This document shows, piece by piece, positions 1 through 10,073 of a stretch of 32,000 bases of DNA. Position 1 is the stretch's first letter, and each line of letters opens with the position of its first letter. Source of the stretch: Mycobacterium leprae TN (GTDB lineage Bacteria > Actinomycetota > Actinomycetes > Mycobacteriales > Mycobacteriaceae); NCBI RefSeq assembly GCF_000195855.1, contig NC_002677.1, positions 2,010,001 to 2,042,000 of the forward strand, given 5' to 3'. The notes below the pieces were generated by a model. The model saw only the letters and a list, made by a program, of their open reading frames with translations, did not search any database and had not been told where the DNA came from. The position numbers were made by a program, and so were the translations under genes.

Positions 1-245
1 CCCAATACAGACGCCTGCGGTGTGCTCATTACCGAGCCGCACGCGACGATCGGATTGACATTACACGACGGCACGTAAGCCGAGTTGAGCAAAATCCTGA
101 TCTTCTCAACGGTTAACATCATCGAGGCGACCAAGCCAATCACACCCGCAATCAGCACCCACCATGCGGTGGGCACCGGCATCGGCAACACGCTAGCCGG
201 AGCCGGTTTCAGGTCGCCGGGACGCTCGACAGGTTGTGCTGACAC
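1..245 (-). CDS. Vitamin K epoxide reductase (VKOR) family integral membrane protein, Rv2968c-type (5' part only, continues off the left edge)
   Basis: Reverse-strand translation from a GTG at 243-245 gives VSAQPVERPGDLKPAPASVLPMPVPTAWWVLIAGVIGLVASMMLTVEKIRILLNSAYVPSCNVNPIVACGSVMSTPQASVLG, with a TM segment and the VKOR-like CNxNPIVxCGSVM signature. It sits directly next to a DsbA-like gene, as expected for this pair. Confidence 0.85.
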   Translation of the reverse strand, partial: MSAQPVERPGDLKPAPASVLPMPVPTAWWVLIAGVIGLVASMMLTVEKIRILLNSAYVPSCNVNPIVACGSVMSTPQASVL

Positions 246-253
246 CGCGTAAG

Positions 254-1048
254 TTACGTTGTCGTAGCAGTGACAGCCACGTCGATGCCCGGGACGGCGC
301 CCACGATTGCTTTAATCTTGGCCACCAGTGCTTCGGGTGTCAACGGGTCGTATTCGTCGCCGTTGATCTTGATCGTCGGGGTTGCCGAGATCTTCGCGAG
401 CGCTGCTTCTGCGGTGACCTTGGCCAGGTACTTCCCGCTGTTAATACAGTCCGGGACCTTCCCAACCACGCCGGCTTCCCGCGCGATTTCGATCAACTTC
501 GCATTCTCAGGGAAACTGCTCGCAAGTTCACTGGGTTGGAAGCTGCGACTGTACAACGCAGCACGGAACCGACGGTAAGCATCCATGGATTCATCGGCTA
601 CGCACAAGGACGCCGCACCTGCCCGTGACGGATAGTTATGGTTACGTGGGTGGTCAAGAATGGACACCACGGAGTAATCGGCCGCAATCGCACCGATGTC
701 GATGAGCTTGGACACCGTAGGCCCAAAATTCCGCTCGAAATCACCGCACCCCGGGCACAGGAAGTCCTCGTAAAAAGACATCACGACCTTGGGGTCGTGG
801 GTGCCGGGCTGGGTGACTAACTTGCTCGAAGTCACCCGCACCGTGTCACCCGAGCCGGTCAGCGGGGCCGCGCCATCTTGCTTGGCATGCTGCGATTTCA
901 TGACGGCGAAGACGACGACAACCGCGAAGATCGCGACAATCACAGTGCCGGCGATCACGACAGCCCGGCCAGACCGGCCGTCTACCGACTTTAGGTCGAA
1001 TCGCTGAAGACGTTTGCGGTTATCGGCCACAGGTTCGCTGATCCTCAC
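254..1048 (-). CDS. DsbA-like thioredoxin-fold membrane/exported protein (Rv2969c-type)
   Basis: 264 aa ORF with an N-terminal TM segment (AVVIAGTVIVAIFAVVVVFAV), DFLCPGCGDFERNF redox CxxC motif, and a C-terminal thioredoxin-like TPTIKINGDEY segment. GTG start. Confidence 0.9.
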   Translation of the reverse strand: MRISEPVADNRKRLQRFDLKSVDGRSGRAVVIAGTVIVAIFAVVVVFAVMKSQHAKQDGAAPLTGSGDTVRVTSSKLVTQPGTHDPKVVMSFYEDFLCPGCGDFERNFGPTVSKLIDIGAIAADYSVVSILDHPRNHNYPSRAGAASLCVADESMDAYRRFRAALYSRSFQPSELASSFPENAKLIEIAREAGVVGKVPDCINSGKYLAKVTAEAALAKISATPTIKINGDEYDPLTPEALVAKIKAIVGAVPGIDVAVTATTT

Positions 1049-1089
1049 GTGCTCGATTTGGCCCGATCACGATCGGGCGACGGCGTCTC

Positions 1090-2205
1090 TAGAGTACCGG
1101 CGACGGTGAATTGGGTAACTATACCCGGCTCAGGTGAGCACGCAGTGCCGAAATCAGCACACTCGTCGCAGCTGCACAGCCGCCGAGCGGAAACAAATTG
1201 GCGAAGCCGCGCGACAGCGAACCGAAGGAACGCAGGTACACCGTAGTCTCGTCGGCCCGCAGCACCGGCGCGCAGCTCTCACCTCGGTCGCACGCAATAG
1301 GGCGAATCCCACTACCGCGATCAGCGCCGGCGCCAGCCCGGCCAGCGACTCGGCCTGCAACGGCGACAACCGCAGATCAGCGTGCTCGATACCGCAGTCC
1401 TTCAAGTATTGCGCTTGAAATGAAATCCCTATCCCGCTTGGTCAACAAAAAACCACGGGCTAACAGCGTCATTGACCGGGTAATGTGTGTGTGCGAGCGG
1501 ATGAAGTCGGTCCGCGGGTAAAGCAGCCACTGCAGCACCGGAGCAGGGCCGTCGGCAGCTCGGACCAATTGGCACACCGTAGACGGCAGGTTACCGCCGG
1601 CGCTGTCCCCGCCCACCGCGACCGACCCGGAGCTGGCGCCGAGTTGCTGATACGCCTATTCAAGGCATCCTCGATCCCGGCCAGGGCCAGATACCCGGAT
1701 ACTCAGTCGCCAGTCGGTAGTCAATCGACAAGACGTGGATGTCAACTCGCGGCACGTCAACCGGCACAGCGCGTCCGTAGGTGTCCAGATCGCCGAGTGT
1801 ACAACCACCGAGGCTAGAAACGGGGCAGCCACGCCACTGTCCGGGCGATAGTACCGTGCCGAGATCTCACCATCCGGCACAGGCAACGAAATGTCGTTTA
1901 CTTCGACGTGGAGCTGCGAGCCCGGCAAACACAAAAGGAGGCCTAGCGCATTTTAGTGCGAGATGCGGCAACGTTGTCGTTGACGACCAAGCCGTCGGTA
2001 AATATGCTGAACAGCATCAGCTGCAGCATGGGGGCAAGTGTGTTTCCGTCGATAATGACCACCCGACCAACAGCACCCTCTTAACTACACTCGGCATCCA
2101 CGGAAGAACCTTGGCGCCAACCGTGGCGATCTTCTTGCCTTGCATGCGACTTGTCCACCGCATTGGTTTACGGTTTAGCGCCAAGATGAAGGTCTACTGC
2201 GCCTG
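1090..2205 (-). pseudogene. lipN: Decayed lipN-like (Rv2970c) alpha/beta hydrolase, HSL family
   Basis: Fragments in several minus frames run in order: MRWTSRMQGKKIATVGAKVLPWMPS, VVIIDGNTLAPMLQLML...FTDGLVVND, VNDISLPVPDGEISARYYRPDSG, GGDSAGGNLPSTVCQLVRAADGPAPVLQWLLYPRTD, ESLAGLAPALIAVVGF, YLRSFGSLSRGFANLFPLGG. Frameshifts and stops separate them. Ends are approximate. Confidence 0.8.
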
Positions 2206-2244
2206 GCAGACTCTAACAGTTATGGTCATATCCCCGAAAAAGAC

Positions 2245-3054
2245 CTTGTAACTCTGAACAACGGCAATTCGATCCCCGCCGTCGGGCTCGGCGTGTCCCG
2301 GATCGCGCCGGCCGACACCGAATAGACGGTCTACATCGCGCTACGCACCGGTTATCGGCACATCGACACCGCAACGATCTACCAGAACGAGCGAGAAGTC
2401 GGACGAACGATCGACCGAATTCCGGTGCACCCCGTAACCAACTGTACGTGGTGACCCAGTTATGGAATACCGACCACGACAGCACACTGACAGCGTTCGA
2501 CGCCAGCATGGAGCGGCCTGGGCTCGACTACCTCGACCTGAGCCGTTGACCGCAGTCGGTGCTCAACAAGTTCATCGCTACCTTAAAAGATTGTAAGGCA
2601 TCCGCCCGCCTACCTGACCAGAACAGGATCCGGTCCGTCGGAGTCAGCAACTTCGAGCCCGAGTACCTCAGTATTCCTGATCAATGCCACCGGCATTGCT
2701 TCAGTGGTTTATCAGATCGAGCTGCATCCGCGGCTGCCACAGCGAGAGTTGCGCAAAATTCACACCCGCCGCAGGATCGCCACCGATGCGTGGTCACCAC
2801 TAAGCAAGGGGTCGCTGTTGGTCCACCAGACGATCACCGCCGTGGCCGAAAAGCGGCCACAGTTGTTGATTGGGTGGCACATGCAACTCGGTAATATCGT
2901 GATTCCCAAGCAGGTGAACCCCTCACGGATTGCGAGCAACTTCGACGTGTCCGAGTTCAAACTCAGCGCCGCGGAAATGGCATCGATCTCCTCGATCGAT
3001 GACCGAACCCGGCTTGAACGCAACCCATGCACCTTCGATTTCACAGGCAGGTGA
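2245..3054 (+). pseudogene. Decayed aldo/keto reductase, tandem paralogue of the intact downstream AKR
   Basis: Plus-strand [51 protein letters not shown], then GVSNFEPEYLS, VYQIELHPRLPQRELR and [22 protein letters not shown] in different frames with stops. Confidence 0.85.
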
Positions 3055-3055
3055 A

Positions 3056-3904
3056 ATGATGCCGAGCACCCCCCGCACCTCTATACCCTCAATAACCCTT
3101 AACGACGAGAACACTATGCCGTTGCTCGGCCTTGGCGTCGCGGAATTGTCGGAGGACGAGACCGAGCGCGCGGTTTTGGCAGCGCTGGAAATCGGCTGCC
3201 GGCTCATCGATACCGCAGCAGCTTATGGCAACGAAGCCGCAGTCAGCCGCGCAATTGCCGCCTCCGGAATTCCCCGCGCCCAGTTGTTCGTCACCACCAA
3301 GTTGGCTACCCCCGACCAGGGTTTCACCAAGTCCCAAGATGCCTGCAACGCCAGCTTGGATCGACTTGGCATGGACTACGTCGACCTCTACCTGATTCAC
3401 TGGCCGGCCCCGCCAGTGGGCCAGTATGTTGATGCCTGGGGAGGCATGATCCAATCCCGTGGCGAAGGCCATGCCCGCTCGATCGGCGTGTGCAATTTCA
3501 CCGAGGAGCATTTATCGGCGATTATCGATCTCACCTTTGTCACGCCAGCGGTCAACCAGATCGAGCTACACCCACTGCTCAACCAAGACGAGATGCGCAA
3601 ATCAAATGCACAGCACAACGTTATCACCCAGTCCTACACCCCATTGGTTCTTGGCCGGTTGATGGACAATTCGACCCTGACCGCGATCGCCGCCGAATAT
3701 GGCAAAACACCTGCACAAGTACTGCTTCGGTGGAACTTGCAGCTGGGTAATGCAGTAGTCTTCCGGTCCGCCAAAGCCGAGCACATTGCCAGCAACTTCG
3801 ACGTCTTCGATTTCGAATTGGCCGTCAATCACATGGACGCAATGAATGAGTTGCACGACGGCACCCGGTTGCGCCCAGATCCAGAAACCTACGCCGGCAG
3901 CTGA
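3056..3904 (+). CDS. Aldo/keto reductase (Rv2971-type)
   Basis: ORF with AKR signatures: [14 protein letters not shown] (Asp/Tyr), LFVTTKL (Lys), [10 protein letters not shown] (His), [10 protein letters not shown], and a C-terminal [12 protein letters not shown]. The ORF track starts at 2930, but the ATG at 3056 (or 3059), directly after the paralogue's stop codon, is the likelier start. Confidence 0.9.
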
Positions 3905-3974
3905 TCTCGCCCCGTAACTGCTACCCGACCTGACAAGGTCACTACAACTTACAGGTAGTACGCTCATCGACACC

Positions 3975-4629
3975 CTCGTCTACCGGTAGTTGGTAACCAG
4001 CATAGCACCGCGACGAACTGCATGGCGTATTTGGCACGTAAACGCGGCGTTCGACGACATCTACCAGGCCGGTGGCGAATCGCTCTTTTTCTGGATTGGC
4101 CTGGCCATCAACAGCTAGCAAGTTGGCCAGATCGTTGGCAAACCGCAACCACTGTCGATCAGGCCAGCTGTAGGCTCCCATGTCCAACCATAGGCGAGCA
4201 GGACAATGTGGTCGATCTGCACTGATTCGCTGACCTTTGCGGCCGCGTTGGAAGGCGATGGCCTGATTGGTGTACGGATCATGCAGCGTACCGGTAGCCA
4301 CCGCATTTGGACACCGCTTGATCCACACGAACGCCTTGTCGACGAGATCGCGGGTGAGGATTTCGTCGCTGGTGTCACACCCATTGTGCCCAAGAGAGGC
4401 ATCGTTGTTGTCGTCCCACAGGTGACCGAACGCCGACCGATGGTAATCGCTGCGATGCAGGCGCCGCAGCAGCACTAACAACATTCTCCAGCACATCGGT
4501 ACCCAGCTGCCACCTCGGCATGTCAGTGCTCGCGGCAAATTCATCAACGTGCCTGACTGAAGATGCTCCCAACGTCTGATAGGCAACTATTACCGCGCAC
4601 ACCACAACAACCGACAACCACAGCAGCAC
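3975..4629 (-). pseudogene. Decayed exported/membrane protein with DUF1524 (HNH-like) domain, Rv2972c-type
   Basis: Minus-strand fragments in different frames: MLLWLSVVVVCAVIVAYQTLGAS (TM N-term), ...NAVATGTLHDPYTNQAIAFQRGR, VQIDHIVLLAYGWTWE, FANDLANLLAVDGQANPEK. The order fits a TGxxxDPYTG...IDHIVPLxxAW...NLLAVDGxxNxxKG domain interrupted by frameshifts. Confidence 0.65.
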
Positions 4630-4722
4630 TTTAGCTATTCACCAGCTCCGCGCTCCGCCACAAGCAGATGGGGGGTACTTCCCACTTGTGAAGGGTTTCA
4701 CCCACTGCATCGTCACTGGACG

Positions 4723-6954
4723 TCATGACTTGCCTAAGTATTCTATACGGTCGGTGTCAATGAATCGTGCTGCCAAATCTGCCAATCCCGGATGCGGGGC
4801 TAATCCGAGGTGCGGATACTCGTAGGCACGCGTGCAGAAATCCCTTGCGGCCTCAATGAACACCTGATGCTCGGCCAATGACAGCATCCGCAGGGTAATT
4901 GCCTTTCCGGATTGGTTGCGGCCCAGAACATCTCCTTCCCGACGCTCCTTGAGGTCGAGATCGGCGAGTGCGAACCCGTCCATGGTCTCGGCGACGGCAC
5001 ATAGCCTGCGCCCGGCCGGGGAGCCCGGTGAGACCCAGCTGGCCAACAAACACAGGCTCGGATGCGTGCCGCGACCGATGCGGCCACGCAGCTGATGCAA
5101 CTGGCTTATTCCAAACCGATCGGCGTCCATCACCAGCATGATGGTGGCGTTAGGTACATCTACGCCTACCTCAATGACGTTGGTACACACCAGCACATCG
5201 ATTTCGCCTGCACGGAAAGCCATCATCGCAGCGTCCTTCTCGTCAGCGGACAACCGACCGTGCATAAGCGCCAGCCGCACGTTAGCCAGCTCACCAGAAC
5301 GCAATCGTGCGTAGAGACCGTCCGCGGTTTCCGATGGTCTGCTGTTTTGCCCCCCTTTCTGCGGATCTTCGGTCTCGTCAATCCGGGGCGCCACCACATA
5401 CGCTTGGCGGCCCGCGGCGACTTCCTCGAGGATGCGCTGCCAAGCCCGGTCCAGCCACCCTGGCTTGTCCTTGACGAAGATGACGTTGCTGGTTATCGGC
5501 TGACGTCCGCGCGGCAGTTCGCGCAGTGTCGACATCTCCAAGTCGCCATAGACGGTAAGTGCGACAGTACGCGGGATTGGCGTCGCCGTCATCACCAACA
5601 GATGTGGCATGATGCCAGTGCGGGCCTTGGTACGCAATTGATCTCGCTGCTCGACACCGAAACGGTGTTGTTCGTCGACTACTACCATGCCTAGGTTGTG
5701 GAATTCAATCGCGTCCTGCAGCAGCGCGTGCGTGCCGATGACGATGCCAGTCTGGCCGCTGAAAATGTCGGCGCGAACCTTTTTCTTCTGGGCCATCGTC
5801 ATCGAGCCGGTCAGCAGAGCCACCTGGGTGGCATTTTCCGCCCCGCCCAGCTGACACCCCATCCCCAACGGGCCGAGAACGTCACGGATCGACAGTAGAT
5901 GTTGTGCAGCAAGAACTTCCGTAGGAGCCAGCAACACGCATTGGTAGCCAGCATCAATCATCTGCAACATTGCCAATACCGCGACGATGGTCTTGCCCGA
6001 CCCGACTTCACCTTGCAGCAGGCGGTTCAACGGACGGGTAGCCGCTAGCCCATCGGACAGCACGTCACGCACCTCACGCTGTCCCTCCGTAAGCTCGAAC
6101 GGCAACCGCCGCATCAGTTCTGCCATCAGACCGTCAGACCGCGGCGGCGCCGACGGTCCCGATTCCGACAGTTCACCATGCCTTCGGGTTACCAACGCCC
6201 ACTGCAAGCCGACCGCTTCGTCGAAGGTTAGCCGCTCCCGCGCACGCCGACGGTCCGACTCGCTTTCAGCGAGATGGATGGCGCGCAGTGCCTCATCTTC
6301 GGAGACCAGGCCATGCTTGGCGCGCAGATCCGCGGGCAACGGATCGGCCACCGGATCGAGGACCTCAAGCACCTGACGCACGCAGGCGTAGATATCCCAG
6401 CTCTGCAGTTTGGTGCTGGCCGGATAGATCGGAAAGAATCGACGTTCGAACGCCGACATCAGCACTTCGCCACTGACAGCCTGTGAAGCATCGGCGATGC
6501 GGCGCAGCGAGCTACTGCCGCGGTTGCGTCCGTCCGGCGAGTCGAGAATGAGAAACGCGGGGTGCGTCAGCTGCATAACGCCCCGAAAAAATCCAACCTC
6601 CCCAGAGAGCATCACCCGGGTATCTTTGGTTAGCCCCTTACTGATATAGCCCGCATTAAAAAACGTAGCGATCACCTTGTTGCGTCCAGAGCCGACCGTG
6701 AGACGTAGATACTTCTTTTTCGAGTCCTTCTTCATCGGTAACGTCACCGCCTCTGTGATGACGTCGACGATGGTGATGTGTTCACCTGCTTCCGGCCGCT
6801 CGTCTTGGGCGCCCCGCACAGTCGCACCCTTAGTGTAACTGCGTGGGTAATGGCGTAGCAGGTCGTCGACAGTGCGAATACCAAACACTTCGTCGAGGGA
6901 ATCGGCAGCCTTGGCGCCCACGATGTAGTCGAGCCGATCGGATAGTGACACCAT
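4723..6954 (-). CDS. recG: ATP-dependent DNA helicase RecG
   Basis: 743 aa ORF with LLQGEVGSGKTIVA (Walker A), DEQHRFG (DEAH-like box), VMTATPIPRT, QLRGRIGRG and an N-terminal wedge/OB domain. Confidence 0.97.
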   Translation of the reverse strand: MVSLSDRLDYIVGAKAADSLDEVFGIRTVDDLLRHYPRSYTKGATVRGAQDERPEAGEHITIVDVITEAVTLPMKKDSKKKYLRLTVGSGRNKVIATFFNAGYISKGLTKDTRVMLSGEVGFFRGVMQLTHPAFLILDSPDGRNRGSSSLRRIADASQAVSGEVLMSAFERRFFPIYPASTKLQSWDIYACVRQVLEVLDPVADPLPADLRAKHGLVSEDEALRAIHLAESESDRRRARERLTFDEAVGLQWALVTRRHGELSESGPSAPPRSDGLMAELMRRLPFELTEGQREVRDVLSDGLAATRPLNRLLQGEVGSGKTIVAVLAMLQMIDAGYQCVLLAPTEVLAAQHLLSIRDVLGPLGMGCQLGGAENATQVALLTGSMTMAQKKKVRADIFSGQTGIVIGTHALLQDAIEFHNLGMVVVDEQHRFGVEQRDQLRTKARTGIMPHLLVMTATPIPRTVALTVYGDLEMSTLRELPRGRQPITSNVIFVKDKPGWLDRAWQRILEEVAAGRQAYVVAPRIDETEDPQKGGQNSRPSETADGLYARLRSGELANVRLALMHGRLSADEKDAAMMAFRAGEIDVLVCTNVIEVGVDVPNATIMLVMDADRFGISQLHQLRGRIGRGTHPSLCLLASWVSPGSPAGRRLCAVAETMDGFALADLDLKERREGDVLGRNQSGKAITLRMLSLAEHQVFIEAARDFCTRAYEYPHLGLAPHPGLADLAARFIDTDRIEYLGKS

Positions 6955-6956
6955 AG

Positions 6957-8690
6957 CTACTCGACTCCGATCAGCAACGCATCACCACGATGCCCGCAGC
7001 GGTAAGTCACCAACTCAGTCTCCGGATGGTTGTTGTGCCCGTACTGTTGCAGGATGTCGTTCAACGTGGCGGCGTTAACTGCTGTGTCGATACCTGCCCC
7101 TAGCAACACAGTTACCAGTTCACCACCTGAGGCCAGCAAAAGATCAAGCAGACCGATCGCTGCTCTCACCGCATCAGCAGCCACGACCAATACCACGTCG
7201 CCGACGATGCCCAGACGATAACCAGGTCGACAGTAACCTGCCCAGGCCAACGCGCTCTCGGTCGTGACGCGTGCCGATCCGTGCCGAGCAGCACCGGAGG
7301 CACGGGCCATGGTGTAGCCGTCGTTGACTGCTTGACGACCCGTATCATGGACAACCAGCACGGCCAGGCCTTGCACCATCGACCCGGTCGGTATCGACAC
7401 CACGTCGATGCCCCAGCCAATAGCCGCCGCAGTGCGACCTGCGACGAGCTCCTCGGCGATCTAAATAGCTGTTGAGCATCAGCATCACCTGAGCGGCGCC
7501 GGTATCCACTACAGCCCGCATCAGCTGGTGGGCACTGATATCCATGGCCGGATCGACAGCATCGGGCCACGGGTGCAGCACGCAGACCCCTGCACCGGCG
7601 AACAACTCGGCAGCACAGTCGCCATCAACAACAACCGGCCAGCACCGCCCGTTCCCGCGTCCAGCTGCCCACCGATAATCCGGCGGCGCCAGAGTCGGAG
7701 TCCAACGGCGAGACCACGATCCGGCTGAGTCGTCCTGCTACCAATCCTACTTCGATAGCGGCGCCGGCATCGTCAGTGTGTACGTGCACCGAGTAACTGC
7801 CGTGCGTCGCCACAATGGCTACCGATTCCCCCGAGCCGATCCCGAAGCGTATCCACCTCGTACACATAACACTCATCCGGCAGGTACATTACCTAGAATT
7901 GCGGTGCCCGGCGTCCGGTGACATCATCTTTTTCATCGGACGACACCGCGCACGGCGAAAGCTCGTACACTGTGCACGCCGGCACCCCGGTGAGGGGCAA
8001 GCGCAGTGTGTTCAATAGGACCAGCAGACCCCGTCCGCCAGCATCCACCGCACCGGCATCAGCAAGCACATCAAGCTGCTCGAAAGTCTTCTCTAGCGCG
8101 ACAACGGTCGCGTCACCGACGGTGATTATCGCCAACACCATACCCTTCCCCGCGGGGGGCGCACTGCTCGACGGCATCCGCGGCAGCCCGCAAAACCGAA
8201 ACTATGGCCCTTGAGATCTCCGCACCACCCGTGGAGTTGATGACCAGCTCAACACCACATTGCAACCCGGCCCGGAACAGTCTGACATCGATATCGGACA
8301 GTTCACCGCCGTACTGGGAGACCGCACTTGCGGTTAAGTCGGCTATGGCACACACAATCTGGGACAGGAGCACGCCGGAGTTGCCGTGGGCGACCGTTTA
8401 GGGCGCCTTCTGACAGAGCTGCCGTAACCCGAGCAACGTGGGTCCTAGGCAGCCCCCTGCACGTCGGCTCTCGCACTAACCTCAGCCAGTGTGGAACGCC
8501 TGGCGAAGAACATGTTGGCGGCCAATATCGGAGCCAGCGACCGGGAACACATTGAGCCGGTTGTCTCGTCGATGTGGGCGATAAAATCGCCGATGACAAC
8601 GTGCGCCCCATATCGTAATGCCGACGCGTCCAGCAGGCTATCCTGTGAACTATAAACAGGCGCTCAGTGTGACCCACCTCCTTCACACCA
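6957..8690 (-). pseudogene. Decayed DAK2/DhaL-family (FakA-like) gene, corresponding to Rv2974c/Rv2975c
   Basis: Broken reading frames in order from the 5' end: SLLDASALRYGAHVVIGDFIAHIDET, DNRLNVFPVAGSDIG, VTAALSEGALNG, AHGNSGVLLSQIVCAIAD, LDVLADAGAVDAGGRGLLVLL, and a C-terminal ORF 6957..7403 with VVLVVAADAVRAA and ELVTYRCGHRGDALLIGVE. The 5' end is approximate. Confidence 0.8.
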
Positions 8691-8905
8691 CATACCCGCG
8701 GGGGGGCGAACCGAATCATTGGGACTAGTAGCTAACGAGGATGGACCATACAGACCGTGACCGTCATCCAGCAGCTGTTGACCGTTTTTGGTGGTTGCCC
8801 ACAACAGTCGCTATCCTGAGCTGGCGCTTGGGTCAGTCTAGGCTGCCCTGGCTCCCAAATATGTCAGTTGCCGGATTCCAGCAGAAGAGTTGAGGAGCAT
8901 TCAGA

Positions 8906-9100
8906 ATGGCCGCTGTGTGCGATATCTGCGGGAAAGGTCCCGGCTTCGGCAAGTCGGTATCACACTCCCACCGCCGCACCAGCCGCCGGTGGGATCCCAA
9001 TGTGCAAACTGTGCACATGGTGACGCGTCCCGGCGGCAACAAGCAACAGCTCAAAGTCTGCACCTCCTGCATTAAGGCCGGCAAGGTTACCCGCGGCTGA
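8906..9100 (+). CDS. rpmB: 50S ribosomal protein L28, cysteine-containing (zinc-type) form
   Basis: 64 aa: MAAVCDICGKGPGFGKSVSHSHRRTSRRWDPNVQTVHM...LKVCTSCIKAGKVTRG, typical bacterial L28 with two CxxC pairs. GAGGAG ribosome-binding-like sequence just upstream. Confidence 0.95.
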   Translation: MAAVCDICGKGPGFGKSVSHSHRRTSRRWDPNVQTVHMVTRPGGNKQQLKVCTSCIKAGKVTRG

Positions 9101-9276
9101 CTGTTGCGCCAGCGCCCCAGCGCCGAGGTCGGCGCGCACACAGCGACGCAACGGTCAGGTCAATACGGGACGACGATGAACGGTCTTGTCCGCGGCCGGC
9201 CCGGTCACCGGCAGCTTCCGACGAACGCGGCAAGTGTCGCAGGCTGGCCTCGATCTTGTCCGAGCTGTCATGTCGG

Positions 9277-9960
9277 TCAGGGTAGGCGCCAATTGATGGG
9301 CCCAGCACCCATCCCGACGAGTATCTCGTTGGTACGGCTGAACGGGCGCGAGCCGAAGAACCCGCGAGATGCCGACAGCGGCGAAGGGTGCGGCGACTCG
9401 ATCACCACACAGTTATCGACAGTCAGCAGCGGCTTCAGCGTGGCAGCATCGCGACCCCACAAAATCGCCACCATCGGTTCTGACCGCGCAGCCAGCGCGC
9501 GGATCGCACACTCCGTGATCACTTCCCAGCCCTTGCCCCGATGAGACGCCGGGTTACTAGGGCGCACCGTGAGCACCCTGTTTAACAGCAGCACACCACG
9601 CTGCGCCCAAGGTGTCAGATCGCCACACACAGGCAAAGGATAGCCTAGGTCCGCAGTGTACTCGTCGAAGACGTTGGCAAGACTGCGGGGCAGCGGACGC
9701 ACATCGGGGGCCACCGAAAAACTCAGGCCCACAGCATGTCCCGGTGTCGGATACGGATCTTGCCCAACGATCAAAACGCGCACGTTGTCGAACGGATAAG
9801 TAAAGGCGCGCAAAACACTATGCCCGGCAGGTAGATACCTGCGCCCGGCAGCGATCTCGGCCCGCAGAAATCGACCCATCTCAGCTACCTGGTCGACGAC
9901 CGGCTCTAGCGCGGCCGCCCACCCTTGCTCGACAAGTTCACTCAACGGACGTGCGGTCAT
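9277..9960 (-). CDS. ung: Uracil-DNA glycosylase
   Basis: ORF with [47 protein letters not shown] and [25 protein letters not shown]. The start is placed at the [10 protein letters not shown] methionine (the ORF track extends to 9978). Confidence 0.96.
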   Translation of the reverse strand: MTARPLSELVEQGWAAALEPVVDQVAEMGRFLRAEIAAGRRYLPAGHSVLRAFTYPFDNVRVLIVGQDPYPTPGHAVGLSFSVAPDVRPLPRSLANVFDEYTADLGYPLPVCGDLTPWAQRGVLLLNRVLTVRPSNPASHRGKGWEVITECAIRALAARSEPMVAILWGRDAATLKPLLTVDNCVVIESPHPSPLSASRGFFGSRPFSRTNEILVGMGAGPINWRLP

Positions 9961-10073
9961 CCCAGCCCCTGCGCACACAGCACCAGCAGGTCCTTCACGA
10001 TTTTCCGGTATTCAGGTGATTGCCGGTCGGTGAACTTCAGCGCGGCAATAGCGTAGACGGTCACCGCGACACC

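Noticed and set aside
2930-3055. Upstream extension of the intact AKR ORF to 2930
   Set aside because: These codons overlap the C-terminal coding remnant of the tandem AKR in another frame, and conserved AKR sequence starts only after the ATG at 3056.
5062-5694. 210-aa plus-strand ORF antisense to recG
   Set aside because: Overlaps the helicase motifs of recG on the opposite strand; no independent coding evidence.
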